IMG/VR virus record: IMGVR_UViG_3300014911_000001
Location: 111,797 to 175,796 of that record
From: a virus
Length of the DNA: 64,000 nt
Strand: one strand, 5' to 3'
Position numbers and translations under genes: made by a program
Notes under the pieces: generated by a model
The model's database searches: none
Told to the model about the DNA's origin: nothing
Seen by the model: the letters and a program-made list of their open reading frames with translations, nothing else
Part shown: positions 37,449 through 48,766 of the stretch, piece after piece
Numbering within the stretch: position 1 is the stretch's first letter
Layout: each line of letters opens with the position of its first letter

Positions 37449-39805
37449 GAGCTGTAATTTCTAAGTATAGAGGTTTAGTATCTGATAGCGTAATGCGCAG
37501 AGCATTTCCGCCGTGGGTATATGTCGAACCTGGCGGGCCTCTCTACACGCTTATTGGTACACTATTATCCCTTGCTGAGTCATATGCAAGATATGCTCGC
37601 TATTTACGTCGTAATGATCCATTAAAATCATCATTGCAAGATTTAGTTAATTTGTATTATAAAGCAGTACCTGAAAAGCCTGAATTCTGTAATGTTCGTG
37701 TTGGTGACAATGTATTTAAGATAGCTGTTACGGATGACCACATAGAATTTCTGGGAGCTGATGTAGGATATATTGCACCTGTGGGTGTAATAAGGGTACC
37801 GGAAGGGGTACAAGATTTTATTATTTACAGAAAGGATATGGAGCTTTACCTTGATGTTGTGACATCAAGTGAGCATTATTCGACTAAGTATCCCTTTGAG
37901 GTATTTAAGAAAATGTCTCCGTTTATAGCGGGGACTGTGGTGAAGCGCGGGCTTATCATCACTCCTAAATACACAACCTATACCAAACTTGATACCTTTG
38001 AGGAATCAAAGTCCGATCCTTATTTTACTATCACAAAGAAGATTAAAGTTATTGACCCGTTTCATAAAAGAGATGGAATTTCATTATCATGGGTTCTTAA
38101 TGATGGTGAGGTTATAGAGCATAATTTAGTTGACCCAGCAACATATGAAGCCGCGCCGCTTACTGTTTCTAACTTTATGTTTCCTTATACAGATGACATT
38201 ACTCCTTACAAGTTCCGCATTGAATTTGATAATGGTATAGTCCAGTTGTATAATCCTGTTTCACCGTTTTATATAATTTATGAATATGGATCACCAACAC
38301 CATATATATCGTTTAATCAGTCATATGATTACATCCAAGAGGAAATGGTAACAGATTATCCTGATGAGGTTATTTCTGATGGTACTACGGGGGATATGCA
38401 TCTTGAGGGAAATCATATGGTTGTTGATGTTACATTGAATAATATGGTATCGAGTTGTGATCTCTTAGTAGCGCGGCTTATTTCCCATGCTTATCTGGGT
38501 GACCCCGATGGAATAGAACCAAATGAATCTGATGATGAAGGTCACTATTATAAATTTACTTTCAATCCAGAGCCTTCCGATCCTTATGAATATGGTAATG
38601 GGGAAAACGATAGAGGCCTATTATTTGAGGTTATTTTACAGCGTGCAGAAGCAAGAGTTGATCTGCATGATGCATCGATGACTGATGTAGTTACGTTTCC
38701 TGCTGGTACTGATTTAAAGGATTATTTTACGGTCTCACATGAAGGGTTAGCTATATCCATAAAGCCTAACGGGGCACTACTTGAGACAGCTGAGTATGGA
38801 ACCAGCGACTTTAAGTTTGCATTTACATTTAAGTATGTATTAATATATACAGTAGAAGGTAGTGTGCCGACTGTGGGGCGCTTGCAGTACCTTGATGAGG
38901 TTATAAATTGGGAGGATCCTAATGCATGGGTGATTGGTCCTATGACAGCATATATTGATCATGTTCCTGAGGGTTATGGCGAGCGCTTCATTTTCACTGG
39001 TGGGTTAACGGACTATAAGGTTGTATTGCAAGCGGATGTGCATGAGTATGATCCATCGCATCCCGATATACCTGGACCTGTATTATATGCGAGTGGTACT
39101 GATATAACAGACCTTGTTGAACTGGAGGTATGCGAGGATTATATGCGGTTTGTGCCCAAGATAGAGTTATCATTTAATGGTTTTGAATTCCGAAACTTAA
39201 GTGCAACAGTACCACCTATAAGGGTGCAGGGTACATTGCGTATTGAAACTTTGAACTTTTATACACTTACACCAACTCCAGAGAACACAGTATACATGTC
39301 ATTATCATTATATCCATTTGCAGACAGGACAAAGAATGCGATTTTAAGTAAATATAGTAGATTTACATCGAATGTAAAGATTACGAGTGTAAGGGTTTAT
39401 AACTTTCTTGAATATATTGATAATGTTCTTATTGAGGACGATATTACAGTTCAGGCATTGGGGCCGGTGCGGGCTTATGTGTTAAAGGCATATCCGACGC
39501 GCCTGTTTTTATATTACATGGGGACCAATGATGTAGAATATAGAGATTTTGATAGTAGCATTCGTAGTATTACCCACTTTGATGGATATATTTTTATTGC
39601 ACTTGATGATGGTATTTATGCATATGATTTATATGCTGCTGAGGTAACAAAACTGAGTGATGTTGTGGCTGATAGGATACGTATCGGTCCTGATAACAAG
39701 TTATATATTCTTAAGGGTTCAAGAATCACAGTATGTGAGTTAGTAAGAAATAGAGCTTTTTATAATGGTGCAGAGATAGTATCATTTTATTCTATTGTAG
39801 AATAA
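37445..39805 (+). CDS. Putative baseplate structural protein, possible C-terminal beta-propeller blades
   Basis: Follows baseplate J with ATGA overlap; the C-terminus has blade-like strands (IRSITHFDGYIFIALDDGIYAYD...RIRIGPDNKLYIL). Confidence 0.5.
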   Translation: MRAVISKYRGLVSDSVMRRAFPPWVYVEPGGPLYTLIGTLLSLAESYARYARYLRRNDPLKSSLQDLVNLYYKAVPEKPEFCNVRVGDNVFKIAVTDDHIEFLGADVGYIAPVGVIRVPEGVQDFIIYRKDMELYLDVVTSSEHYSTKYPFEVFKKMSPFIAGTVVKRGLIITPKYTTYTKLDTFEESKSDPYFTITKKIKVIDPFHKRDGISLSWVLNDGEVIEHNLVDPATYEAAPLTVSNFMFPYTDDITPYKFRIEFDNGIVQLYNPVSPFYIIYEYGSPTPYISFNQSYDYIQEEMVTDYPDEVISDGTTGDMHLEGNHMVVDVTLNNMVSSCDLLVARLISHAYLGDPDGIEPNESDDEGHYYKFTFNPEPSDPYEYGNGENDRGLLFEVILQRAEARVDLHDASMTDVVTFPAGTDLKDYFTVSHEGLAISIKPNGALLETAEYGTSDFKFAFTFKYVLIYTVEGSVPTVGRLQYLDEVINWEDPNAWVIGPMTAYIDHVPEGYGERFIFTGGLTDYKVVLQADVHEYDPSHPDIPGPVLYASGTDITDLVELEVCEDYMRFVPKIELSFNGFEFRNLSATVPPIRVQGTLRIETLNFYTLTPTPENTVYMSLSLYPFADRTKNAILSKYSRFTSNVKITSVRVYNFLEYIDNVLIEDDITVQALGPVRAYVLKAYPTRLFLYYMGTNDVEYRDFDSSIRSITHFDGYIFIALDDGIYAYDLYAAEVTKLSDVVADRIRIGPDNKLYILKGSRITVCELVRNRAFYNGAEIVSFYSIVE

Positions 39806-39806
39806 T

Positions 39807-41432
39807 ATGAGAAGTGCTGGTTATTTAAATATAGCGGCTTATTTTGATGCGGTACCAAATAGGGAGCTACAACAAGCAGAGATATCATACTTGTGGAGGC
39901 GTATTGGTGGTGCGCCTCTGACGCTTCATTATATGTCGCTGAATCGCATATTGATGGCGTTCTTGATGAAGGATTTTGATGTTATTAATTACCGTTTTCC
40001 ATTTAGAGTTGATAGATTATCATTATTTGCTTATAGGAAAAGGGGTAAAGATTGGAAATATAAAGTATATGAGGATATTGAAGCCGCCGCCTCCCTTATA
40101 GATAAATATGAAGAGGGCGATGACTATCCATTCTTTCCCGTAAGGACCGAAAATTCATACATGATTGTACCTTATCCGGGGTATGAGATCCTTTATATTG
40201 GTGATAATGGTCAAGAACTTTTTGAAGCGCCAGCTCCATCGACAGATAGATTGGTTTATTCAGCATTGTATTGGGCCTTGTTATATGCTGATGATTATGG
40301 GTATTTACCTAAATCAATTGAGGAGCATATTATTAATTGTTTGTTAAAGAGACCAACGACGATGGCGGGCTTCGAACCTTATGCTTATGACGTGGCTGAA
40401 TATGATGTTAATATGGGTTCCTATCCTCTTATGACTGGAGCCCGTGTTGCGTATCCTGATAAGGATTTTAATATTGATACATCTAAGCCGGCGCCCGGCT
40501 TATGCTTCGGTCTGGAGGTGGATGACATAGAGGTTGATGCTGAGGATTATCGTTTTGTTATGACTGACGGCGGCTTCATCATAGGCGGCCGCTTCCTACA
40601 CACAGGATTATATGATGTTTATGTTTATGATATTTCTAAATATGAATGGGACGACGGAGAAGGTACATGGATACCAGTCGGGCCATATGAAGAGCCGATA
40701 GATCTGAAATTATCAGTCCCTCTTTCATTTCCTCACCTTATTTTTGCTTTTGAGAAACCATATATGTTTTCTCACCACTATGTTCGTATTGATCCGGCGC
40801 CCGGTGATAGCTTTGAAGTGCCATTTATGGATCCTCCGTTGCCTTATTCGTTGGAGGGGGCTTATACGCCTTATTCCGGATCATATCACGATGCCATGTA
40901 CGGTAATCCAACCGTTTTAGATGAGCATCTTTTGAAGTGTGTCGATCCGGATCATCCTGAGCGTTACAGTTATTCGATCCTTGATGTAGATCTTATTAGG
41001 ATTCATCATTGTGGATACAGGACATACATTTATATATTTATTCTGCGGCATGATGAGCTACAAAAGTTAAATAAAAGCGTTGATAGTGTTAAATATGATG
41101 TTTTGGATGGATTAACATTAGGGGTTGTTGGTATTGATGATGACTTTTCAGATACTACCATAGAGATTAAAGGTAATCCTGATCCGTTATATTTATCGTC
41201 TAGTTATGAGTGGTTGACATTAAAGGTAAAGAAGGATGGTGTGTTTTTAGATGCTGTTGTTGTTAAAGCATATGATGATTCAGATAGCCGTATTGTAATG
41301 CATCATGCCAATCTTGCTCCTGATTACGGTGCATCTGATGTCTATCCTATTATGACAACATGGTTTGGGTATGCTTTAGTAGGTGTTGAGGATAGTTCAC
41401 GTATTGATCATTTTGTGGTTGAAAAGATTTAA
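39807..41432 (+). CDS. Hypothetical virion structural protein
   Basis: 541-aa co-oriented ORF, Tyr/Asp/Pro-rich, inside the baseplate block. Confidence 0.5.
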   Translation: MRSAGYLNIAAYFDAVPNRELQQAEISYLWRRIGGAPLTLHYMSLNRILMAFLMKDFDVINYRFPFRVDRLSLFAYRKRGKDWKYKVYEDIEAAASLIDKYEEGDDYPFFPVRTENSYMIVPYPGYEILYIGDNGQELFEAPAPSTDRLVYSALYWALLYADDYGYLPKSIEEHIINCLLKRPTTMAGFEPYAYDVAEYDVNMGSYPLMTGARVAYPDKDFNIDTSKPAPGLCFGLEVDDIEVDAEDYRFVMTDGGFIIGGRFLHTGLYDVYVYDISKYEWDDGEGTWIPVGPYEEPIDLKLSVPLSFPHLIFAFEKPYMFSHHYVRIDPAPGDSFEVPFMDPPLPYSLEGAYTPYSGSYHDAMYGNPTVLDEHLLKCVDPDHPERYSYSILDVDLIRIHHCGYRTYIYIFILRHDELQKLNKSVDSVKYDVLDGLTLGVVGIDDDFSDTTIEIKGNPDPLYLSSSYEWLTLKVKKDGVFLDAVVVKAYDDSDSRIVMHHANLAPDYGASDVYPIMTTWFGYALVGVEDSSRIDHFVVEKI

Positions 41433-41446
41433 ATTTTATGTATAAT
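41419..41446 (+). promoter_or_regulatory. Sigma70-like promoter
   Basis: TTGAAA (41419-41424), 16 bp, TATAAT (41441-41446), then RBS GGAGG before ATG 41464. Confidence 0.55.
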
Positions 41447-41463
41447 AATATTGGAGGGTTAAC

Positions 41464-44400
41464 ATGGGTTTCTCAATAATACCATCGGATCATTATATAA
41501 AGCCCGGTCGGATAACAGCGGCAGATATTAACCGGGCGTTTGATGATATAAATAATAGGCTTGGTGGCTCAAATTATGTTTTGCCGCTCCTTGTTGCAGA
41601 TACCAATATTATTTATCTTTCGCGTATTAGTGAATGGGGTCCTGATGATGTTGAGGTGCATGTAAGGGATGTCACACCTTATTCTGTTGATCCAGCAACA
41701 AGAACAGGTACACTTAAGATATTACCAAGCATCCCTACCGGTAGTTGTGTAAAGGATACCTCCACATGGGAGGTTACTATTGAAGGTACAACGATCGGAT
41801 CCGGGACATTCGATGGAGCAACACATGAGTTTAGTGGTATAGCTTTATATGGTAAGACAATAACAGTACATTTTCATTTTGATTTTGATGATACAGTTGG
41901 ATTTTTAGACGTAAGGGAGAAGGTTTTATTTAATTTCCAGCTTGCTGTAGAAGCGTTGACTGATGCTACTGATAAGCCTTGGAGTTATTATACAATTGTT
42001 GGACGTGCCGAACCGCTGCCTTCATTTGCGTCTTCATATCCCCATGTGCTTGTCAGATTTGATTCGAGGGTTGTTGAGACAGATGCTACAGGAACGGCTA
42101 TGGTTACCGGTACTGTATATTTTTCATGGGGTAGTGATACGACAGGTACACATTGGGAAATTTATAAGGTTATTGATGGCGCAGAGACACTAATATCATC
42201 GGGAACTGATGCCATATCAGAAAAAGATTTTAGTTTTAATGTTACTCTTACGGATGAGCGGGAGAAGGAGGTTATTTTAAAGGTTATTCTTGGTAATAGT
42301 ACATTCCCTAATGTGACCTTTACTGATAAGTGTTGGGTGATAACTGATGTATCTGATGCCTTACCTTTAATTGAACAGATACCTTCATGTGTTGTTATGC
42401 CTCCATTGTGGGAATCATTCTATACTGTCGGTTCAAATACTTATGTCTATACATTCTATCTAACTACATCAGCTACCCATTGGGTTGGTATCGATGATGA
42501 TAAGCGCGCGCTTAAATTAAATATAGAAAACGACGATTACGAAATCAAGAAGACTGATGGTACATGGGCAACAATTGCTGATGCCGTTGAGAAGGTAATA
42601 GCTATTGCACATACGCGTAATACAAGTGGTGGCGAGAGTGTTTATGTATATGATCCTTATACATTAGATAGCTATATTTATGCGGGTGATGGTACCATAC
42701 CTTCTGGGGAAACTCTACTATATGTTGATTTCCTTGTAATGTTATCGAAGCAATATGATTACAGTTATATCAAATCACCCGGTGGTACTTATACTTATAA
42801 CGATAGCCCTATAGAATTTTTATATACAATCGCTGAGCATGATACCAGCTTCATGGTTATTGGTAGTAGATCGCATACAACACATGTTCATTATTATCCC
42901 ATTTTATCATCTTGTATTGCATTTTTCGATCCTACTAATGTGAGTATGGAAAGTGGTAGTGCCGCCAGTACCCTTAGGGCTATTATTCTAAATGCTCCAC
43001 TACAAGAAGCTGATCTTGTGCGATATGGGTTTATTAGTGGATCTGCATCACCAACATCGAAAATTGAGTATCAATATGTTATATCATGTTTGGAGGCTCC
43101 TGCAGGGGTTACTGTTGAAATATATGATGATAGTGATGATAATTGGCACCCTATTACATCAAGTAGTTATACTATTAGTATAGGCGAACTTGATGCCGTG
43201 CCGGCTTATTATAGTTTTCCTGTACGAGTTATTGGTAGTGCTACGGCTAATATTCTGTTCAATGTTGAATTAGTTGCAAAGTATCATGATGCATCAGGTA
43301 CCGAATCGACTGTGCTAATAGAGCGCAGGCATATTGCATTGGCTACATTTTTGTCTGGAGGCGCGGCGGCTTATGCAACCTCCCTTTCGTTACCCCGTAC
43401 CAATTTTATGGTCTATGTTGGTGGGTATGGTATGGGCATACCAACAATTTCGAAACCAGATATTAGTGATGTCTATTTAGATAGTAGTACTCATTTATAT
43501 TATCTTGGGTTAATTGCGCGGGAACCATTGAAGATCATTTATGGAGATACCACAGGAGATATTGTAGGAGGCGAATCGAGGCTTGGTGGCGTAACACTGG
43601 AGGACATGTCGGCATCTATGCTTGGGTATCGTCTTGATACAGATATCCTGTTACCAGCAGGGGTATTAAAGAGTGAGATCTATGTTGCTTATGACCCATC
43701 ATCAAAGCATATAATAATAAGTAGTGAGTTTACAGGTGGTTGCATTCCAATAGGTGTACTAATAATCGAGCGTTATGCTGAAAATCTGTATCCATCATTG
43801 AAATTCATTCCCTATGTACATACATATGTATATGAGGCAACACGTGGTTTAGAGGTCGGCCGCTTCGGTTTAGTAGATAAGGTTGGAGTAGATAGTCCTG
43901 TTATTGTTGCGACGACGCATTTTGAGAATGCTGATGATTTGACAAACTTGCTTGCGCTTATGAATACTGGTGACAGTTGTTTGCTTATTGGTGAGAATTA
44001 TGCGAGTAGCGATTCCTTAAGATTCCCTTATGTAATGGGTGTAAGGAAACTTGCTGAAGATAAGGTGAAGCTTACGATGCTTACTGATGTGGGTATGGCA
44101 ACTGTTTTAATGGAGAGTGCAAGCAGATATGTCTATCCAGTTCTTGATGTCTTTAGAATTTATTATGTAGATGCTAGCGGTAATTTTAGTGCCACGCCGC
44201 CACCTCCGACAGCGGTCTATCATGCTGTAGGCCCTCCAGGGAGTATAATTAGTACCAGTGTGCTGGGAGATGATGCAAAGATTTTTGAGAATATTGGCAA
44301 TCAACTTATTATTCTAGTAGAGCCATACATTTATGTTGATAAAACATTACTTCCTGATCCCAGTGTTAATATAGTAGGCATGCAAGTTGTTGGTGGTGGT

Positions 44401-44583
44401 CAATATATGGGAGGATTCTTAATGCTTTCCCATTATATATTATTGACGGATGATCATGGGAGTGGTTATTTCCTGTCAGTACCAGCGAGGATAATAGTAT
44501 TTGGCTCTATGTATCATGCCCTTGGTGGTTGGGGTGCACCGAGTACACCTGGTAGTCCATTTACACCGACAGCACATGATTAA
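41464..44583 (+). CDS. Putative tail fibre / baseplate appendage with tandem beta-sandwich domains
   Basis: N-terminal GRITAADINRAFDDINNRL resembles fibre anchor helices; the remainder is Thr/Ser/Val/Tyr-rich beta structure. Confidence 0.5.
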   Translation: MGFSIIPSDHYIKPGRITAADINRAFDDINNRLGGSNYVLPLLVADTNIIYLSRISEWGPDDVEVHVRDVTPYSVDPATRTGTLKILPSIPTGSCVKDTSTWEVTIEGTTIGSGTFDGATHEFSGIALYGKTITVHFHFDFDDTVGFLDVREKVLFNFQLAVEALTDATDKPWSYYTIVGRAEPLPSFASSYPHVLVRFDSRVVETDATGTAMVTGTVYFSWGSDTTGTHWEIYKVIDGAETLISSGTDAISEKDFSFNVTLTDEREKEVILKVILGNSTFPNVTFTDKCWVITDVSDALPLIEQIPSCVVMPPLWESFYTVGSNTYVYTFYLTTSATHWVGIDDDKRALKLNIENDDYEIKKTDGTWATIADAVEKVIAIAHTRNTSGGESVYVYDPYTLDSYIYAGDGTIPSGETLLYVDFLVMLSKQYDYSYIKSPGGTYTYNDSPIEFLYTIAEHDTSFMVIGSRSHTTHVHYYPILSSCIAFFDPTNVSMESGSAASTLRAIILNAPLQEADLVRYGFISGSASPTSKIEYQYVISCLEAPAGVTVEIYDDSDDNWHPITSSSYTISIGELDAVPAYYSFPVRVIGSATANILFNVELVAKYHDASGTESTVLIERRHIALATFLSGGAAAYATSLSLPRTNFMVYVGGYGMGIPTISKPDISDVYLDSSTHLYYLGLIAREPLKIIYGDTTGDIVGGESRLGGVTLEDMSASMLGYRLDTDILLPAGVLKSEIYVAYDPSSKHIIISSEFTGGCIPIGVLIIERYAENLYPSLKFIPYVHTYVYEATRGLEVGRFGLVDKVGVDSPVIVATTHFENADDLTNLLALMNTGDSCLLIGENYASSDSLRFPYVMGVRKLAEDKVKLTMLTDVGMATVLMESASRYVYPVLDVFRIYYVDASGNFSATPPPPTAVYHAVGPPGSIISTSVLGDDAKIFENIGNQLIILVEPYIYVDKTLLPDPSVNIVGMQVVGGGQYMGGFLMLSHYILLTDDHGSGYFLSVPARIIVFGSMYHALGGWGAPSTPGSPFTPTAHD

Positions 44584-45632
44584 TGTATAAGTATGTTGAC
44601 ATAGAGGAAGCCGGCAGCAATGTTATCCCTTTGTTTACGATGCATGGGCATACTATGCCGTGGGTTGTGCATAATGTATTTGCTAGTGAAGAGGGCTATG
44701 CTGCAACGGGTTATTACCTCCATCCATTTGATGTCAGTGGTATTAAATATTACTTTTATCATGAGCTTCCATCGGTGCCATCTACATTGAATGTTTATAG
44801 AATTGATGGGGTGCCATTGATTGAACATGTTGATTATGATTTAGTTGGTAATAGAGTTTATCTTGATTGGTATTGGAGGTATGAGTCTATTATTATTGAA
44901 GCCGATGGTGTGAAGTTAGCTGCTGATTGGATACCATATGAATTGTCAACAGATCCGGTGGCTGATGCTAAGCGACATCATTTTCTTGTTCCTGTTGGAG
45001 ATATAATCGAATTTGACGGTTCGGAAGCGGGGCTTCACTATTATTATCCGCGTCTTATCCCTAGGAAGGTTTCGATGCCGCCTGTTTATTATGACAGGTT
45101 TGATTTAGTCTGGACGCCGCCTTCTGATACCACATTATATGTTAAAGCGAAGCGGAAGAGATTTATAATTTATCAAACGGTGCCATATGTGACGCTAGAT
45201 TTGGCACACTATTATACATGGGATGGTTCTACATATGTTGAGCATGATGTTAGTGATGTATTATATTTTAGGAACACTGGAGAGATAAAGTTTGATGATT
45301 ATGTGCCATATGATGAAATAAGTTTCAAGGTTGTATCTATCGACGGGATTGTTATGAATTTAAATATAAATCCTTCAAATCTTGAGTTATTGTCGAGAAC
45401 TGAGTACATGCCGTCATTTTTAGTTGGTTATGCCATTACATCTGATGAGTTTATTGTATCAGTTAGAGGATTTGACCACCACATTCATTACTATGATTTT
45501 GGAGATATTAGGTCTGAGTTACATGGTATTACTGATGTTTTTTGGTTGTGTGAATATAGATTATTAGATCCTTTGAAACGGTTGATGATGGTAAAGCATG
45601 ATGTCCATCGAAGGAGAGGAGGGTATGTATAG
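44583..45632 (+). CDS. Hypothetical virion structural protein
   Basis: 349 aa, TAATG coupling; LIEHVDYDLVGNRVYL resembles beta repeats common in baseplate proteins. Confidence 0.5.
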   Translation: MYKYVDIEEAGSNVIPLFTMHGHTMPWVVHNVFASEEGYAATGYYLHPFDVSGIKYYFYHELPSVPSTLNVYRIDGVPLIEHVDYDLVGNRVYLDWYWRYESIIIEADGVKLAADWIPYELSTDPVADAKRHHFLVPVGDIIEFDGSEAGLHYYYPRLIPRKVSMPPVYYDRFDLVWTPPSDTTLYVKAKRKRFIIYQTVPYVTLDLAHYYTWDGSTYVEHDVSDVLYFRNTGEIKFDDYVPYDEISFKVVSIDGIVMNLNINPSNLELLSRTEYMPSFLVGYAITSDEFIVSVRGFDHHIHYYDFGDIRSELHGITDVFWLCEYRLLDPLKRLMMVKHDVHRRRGGYV

Positions 45633-46044
45633 TATTGGCGAGACAGCCATTATACCGGTTTTATTTTTTGATGAATCGTATAGTTTGATGGATCCTGTTG
45701 AATTGGAAGGAGAGTGTGTTACTCTTACGATGTATCGTCTTGATGCAGCGCCGTCCGTAGCAAAGTTTATTGATGACTTTAGATGGATACACACAGGAGC
45801 TGCGGGCTTATATGATCTGGAGGTCATTGTTGAAGAAAATATACTAAGTGGTGGAGATTATTATATTGGGGCAACGAGATATGATGTGGGTATTTATGCA
45901 TTGAAGGTTAAGCCGCGGCTTCCTGGCACTTATTATATTGTTGTAGAGGCTCATGCATCTGGTCTTGCTAGCGAATGTGTTTTACAAACCTTTACTGTAA
46001 GATTCATAGAGAAGAGAGATCCATCATTATTATTAATGGAATGA
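45625..46044 (+). CDS. Hypothetical Ig-like structural protein
   Basis: ORF track 45598..46044; likely start ATG 45625 after AGGAGG; LPGTYYIVVEA strand pattern. Confidence 0.5.
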   Translation: MYSIGETAIIPVLFFDESYSLMDPVELEGECVTLTMYRLDAAPSVAKFIDDFRWIHTGAAGLYDLEVIVEENILSGGDYYIGATRYDVGIYALKVKPRLPGTYYIVVEAHASGLASECVLQTFTVRFIEKRDPSLLLME

Positions 46045-46445
46045 GTGAGTTATCAACAGCGCGCGGGCTTCACCGTATAGTAATATCATTACCTGATGAT
46101 ACATATACGGCAACTATAAAGCGATTTAAGGATTCGTTATTGTATGAGGAGTCAGTTAATCTCGAGAAGCTTGATACAGAAAAATATCTTCTGGAATTCG
46201 TTGATAAATCGAGTGATGACGGCTTGATATTTATCCAAGTTGTTAATTCTGTTGGTGATGTAGTGGCTTTTGAGGCTATTGGGGTGAGTGAGGTAAAAAC
46301 GGATGTGTTGTGGTTAGTTGGTTATGCAGATACCTATGGTGTGCGTTATCCATTGGCAAAGGATGCATTTGTTATATTAAATCATAGTGATTTACATTAT
46401 CTGATAAGGAAGAAATTAAAAGGTAACAGGTTTGGGAGGTCATAA
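46041..46445 (+). CDS. Hypothetical protein
   Basis: ORF track 45975..46445; likely start ATG 46041 (ATGA overlap). Confidence 0.5.
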   Translation: MSELSTARGLHRIVISLPDDTYTATIKRFKDSLLYEESVNLEKLDTEKYLLEFVDKSSDDGLIFIQVVNSVGDVVAFEAIGVSEVKTDVLWLVGYADTYGVRYPLAKDAFVILNHSDLHYLIRKKLKGNRFGRS

Positions 46446-46942
46446 TGAATGTTGCGGTTGATAGATTCGTTGTCTTGCCTATAACATTTAGAACTAGTGG
46501 TGGGTATGCTACATTAGATCCATCTACGAATATAGATGTGGACATCACATATCTTCCGAATTTCGATAGTGATGATGGATCGACGGCAGTCAGTACATAT
46601 AATATTTTTAACCCCCTAAGTGACCCGAATGTTTGCATTCTATCCTTCCTGTCATCGAAGAGGGGCATCTATATGGTAAAGGTAACATATACAGGGACTG
46701 AAGTATTATCAGAACCACCAACTAAGTATTTTGTTGTAACATGTGGTAATGATTATGATCCACCGCTAAAGCATACATATGTATATAATCCTCTAACTGG
46801 TAACGTATCTGAGGTTCATACAGATTATTATAAAGATAGTGAGAGTACCGAAACCATCTTCAGGAAGAAGATTGTTGGTTTCGTCTATGAAGAGGATGGT
46901 GGTGAAGCACGGCTTAATGAGGTGACGGATAAGAACGAATGA
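46445..46942 (+). CDS. Hypothetical structural protein
   Basis: RBS GGAGG, TAATG coupling, beta-rich. Confidence 0.5.
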   Translation: MNVAVDRFVVLPITFRTSGGYATLDPSTNIDVDITYLPNFDSDDGSTAVSTYNIFNPLSDPNVCILSFLSSKRGIYMVKVTYTGTEVLSEPPTKYFVVTCGNDYDPPLKHTYVYNPLTGNVSEVHTDYYKDSESTETIFRKKIVGFVYEEDGGEARLNEVTDKNE

Positions 46943-47172
46943 TACGTAAGGAAAGAGAGACATATGCTGGGGCTGTCTATGTAACTGGTATACCGATGCC
47001 TCTGACACCGAGGGCATTTGATGGATTATACATTGGGGGGCTTCTTTTGCCTTACTATGTCCCTAATGAGTTCTATGATCGGTTGCAAACAGATGCTGTT
47101 AACTTTATAAATTCTGTTTTTGACTTCTGGAGGCCGGCGGGCTTATGTCGCTACATCTATTTGAAAGATTAG
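46939..47172 (+). CDS. Small hypothetical protein, possibly a baseplate wedge (gpI-like) C-terminal module
   Basis: ATGA coupling; ends with a helix plus FWRPAGLCRYIYL, similar to the K/R-PA-G/H motif of wedge proteins. Confidence 0.4.
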   Translation: MIRKERETYAGAVYVTGIPMPLTPRAFDGLYIGGLLLPYYVPNEFYDRLQTDAVNFINSVFDFWRPAGLCRYIYLKD

Positions 47173-48356
47173 GTCTAGGAACAACAGATATAGATCGGAC
47201 GATCGATATCCTATTAGAGTTGCGCGATGCGCTTCAGCAGCTATCTAGGTGCGAGAAGCGCAAGCTATTAGAATCATATACTGATTTTGGTGGTTATCCA
47301 TCTGATTTCAAGGAGCTTGTTGCCTTATTAACAAAGATCGAGGCATATGTTGAACTGATTGAACAGCGTTATCCTGTATTTAAGCAGTTCATCGATGATG
47401 TTCTTCGGTCACTTTATGATGTAAGACATCTTACATCTAGTGCTGTTTTTTCCTATATGGATGGTATTAATATCGATTATTACCCAGCGCCTCATCTGTC
47501 ATCTGTAACCGAAGAGGTTGATGTTAATGATATAGATGTTAGCGTTGTACCTTATACAGAGGATATTGAAATTGGTGAACATTTTATTGCATGTAGTCTT
47601 GAGCGTCAGGATAACATACAGAAGATTATATTATCTTTTAAATCTCCTATAAAGGCAACGCGGATATGGATGCCGATTTTTGGTGCTAAGGTTAAGAGGT
47701 TACTTATTAATACAGTAAGCGCGGGCTTCGATTACTGGTATGGATACATTGTACCTATACATAGGGTTATTAATGCTGATGATAAGGTAACTATTGTTGT
47801 GGAAATGATGATGAAGCCGCGCTTCGAGGCTGTTAAGAAGCCGGCTGATGTGTGGAAATTATATAAAAAGCCTACTTGGATTGGAGATGCGGTTATTTTG
47901 AAGCCGCGCTTGGTATTAGATATATCATCAGGCGCGGGGCTTCTTGAAACAACAACACTACCCATGGTATTTGGCGATAATGGTAGTGTTGTGCCGTTTG
48001 TTAAGGTAAATGGAATTTATTTCCCTGCGATTGGTCGTGAATATAATGGGTTACCATTTCCATTTCACTATGATGGGCGATATTATTATTTCCCTATTTA
48101 TACATCTGGTGATTTCACATCTAGTACGCCTCTTATGGGATATCGTACTGAATACAGGTTATTTAAATCATCATCGCTTCCAGAATTATCATATGAGGTC
48201 GATTTTTCAGGATTTACACACTGGGTTTTTTGGAACCCTTGGAAAAATAAAATTGAGGCATATCCTTCGGAGGGATTGTTTGCTATACCTCATCTTGAGA
48301 GTGAGTTGATTATGATGCCGCCTCCTCCGACAGAATTGCCAGAGGAGCATGAGTAG
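47145..48356 (+). CDS. Hypothetical structural protein (N-terminal helical, C-terminal beta)
   Basis: 403-aa co-oriented ORF. Confidence 0.5.
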   Translation: MSLHLFERLGLGTTDIDRTIDILLELRDALQQLSRCEKRKLLESYTDFGGYPSDFKELVALLTKIEAYVELIEQRYPVFKQFIDDVLRSLYDVRHLTSSAVFSYMDGINIDYYPAPHLSSVTEEVDVNDIDVSVVPYTEDIEIGEHFIACSLERQDNIQKIILSFKSPIKATRIWMPIFGAKVKRLLINTVSAGFDYWYGYIVPIHRVINADDKVTIVVEMMMKPRFEAVKKPADVWKLYKKPTWIGDAVILKPRLVLDISSGAGLLETTTLPMVFGDNGSVVPFVKVNGIYFPAIGREYNGLPFPFHYDGRYYYFPIYTSGDFTSSTPLMGYRTEYRLFKSSSLPELSYEVDFSGFTHWVFWNPWKNKIEAYPSEGLFAIPHLESELIMMPPPPTELPEEHE

Positions 48357-48364
48357 AGGCTAAA

Positions 48365-48766
48365 ATGGCAATAGATATTGAATATAGAACATATGAGCCA
48401 TATGAGATACCGCGTGAAGTCAGTCCTATATGGGTTGCGCCCCATATTGGCGACTTCGATGCTTATAGTATTTATAACTATTATTTATCCTATATTGTTG
48501 AGAAGGTTTTGAGGTTACCATATGTTGATATTAAGGATGAGGTAGTACAACAGGGGCCGGGCTTATTCATCCCCGGTAAATATATCTTCCGTATCAAGCG
48601 TTTTGTTGCTGATGATGCAGTACCGGTTTATAGATTAAGAAAGGGCATTATTTATGTTTATGAGGAGATTAATAATATTCAAGTTTTAGAGGCTATTGTT
48701 TTGGATGAGGTTAAGTATGCGGCGGGCTTAATCAATGATGGAACATTTGGACCTTATATAAAATGA
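48365..48766 (+). CDS. Hypothetical protein
   Basis: 133-aa co-oriented ORF with RBS GAGG. Confidence 0.5.
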   Translation: MAIDIEYRTYEPYEIPREVSPIWVAPHIGDFDAYSIYNYYLSYIVEKVLRLPYVDIKDEVVQQGPGLFIPGKYIFRIKRFVADDAVPVYRLRKGIIYVYEEINNIQVLEAIVLDEVKYAAGLINDGTFGPYIK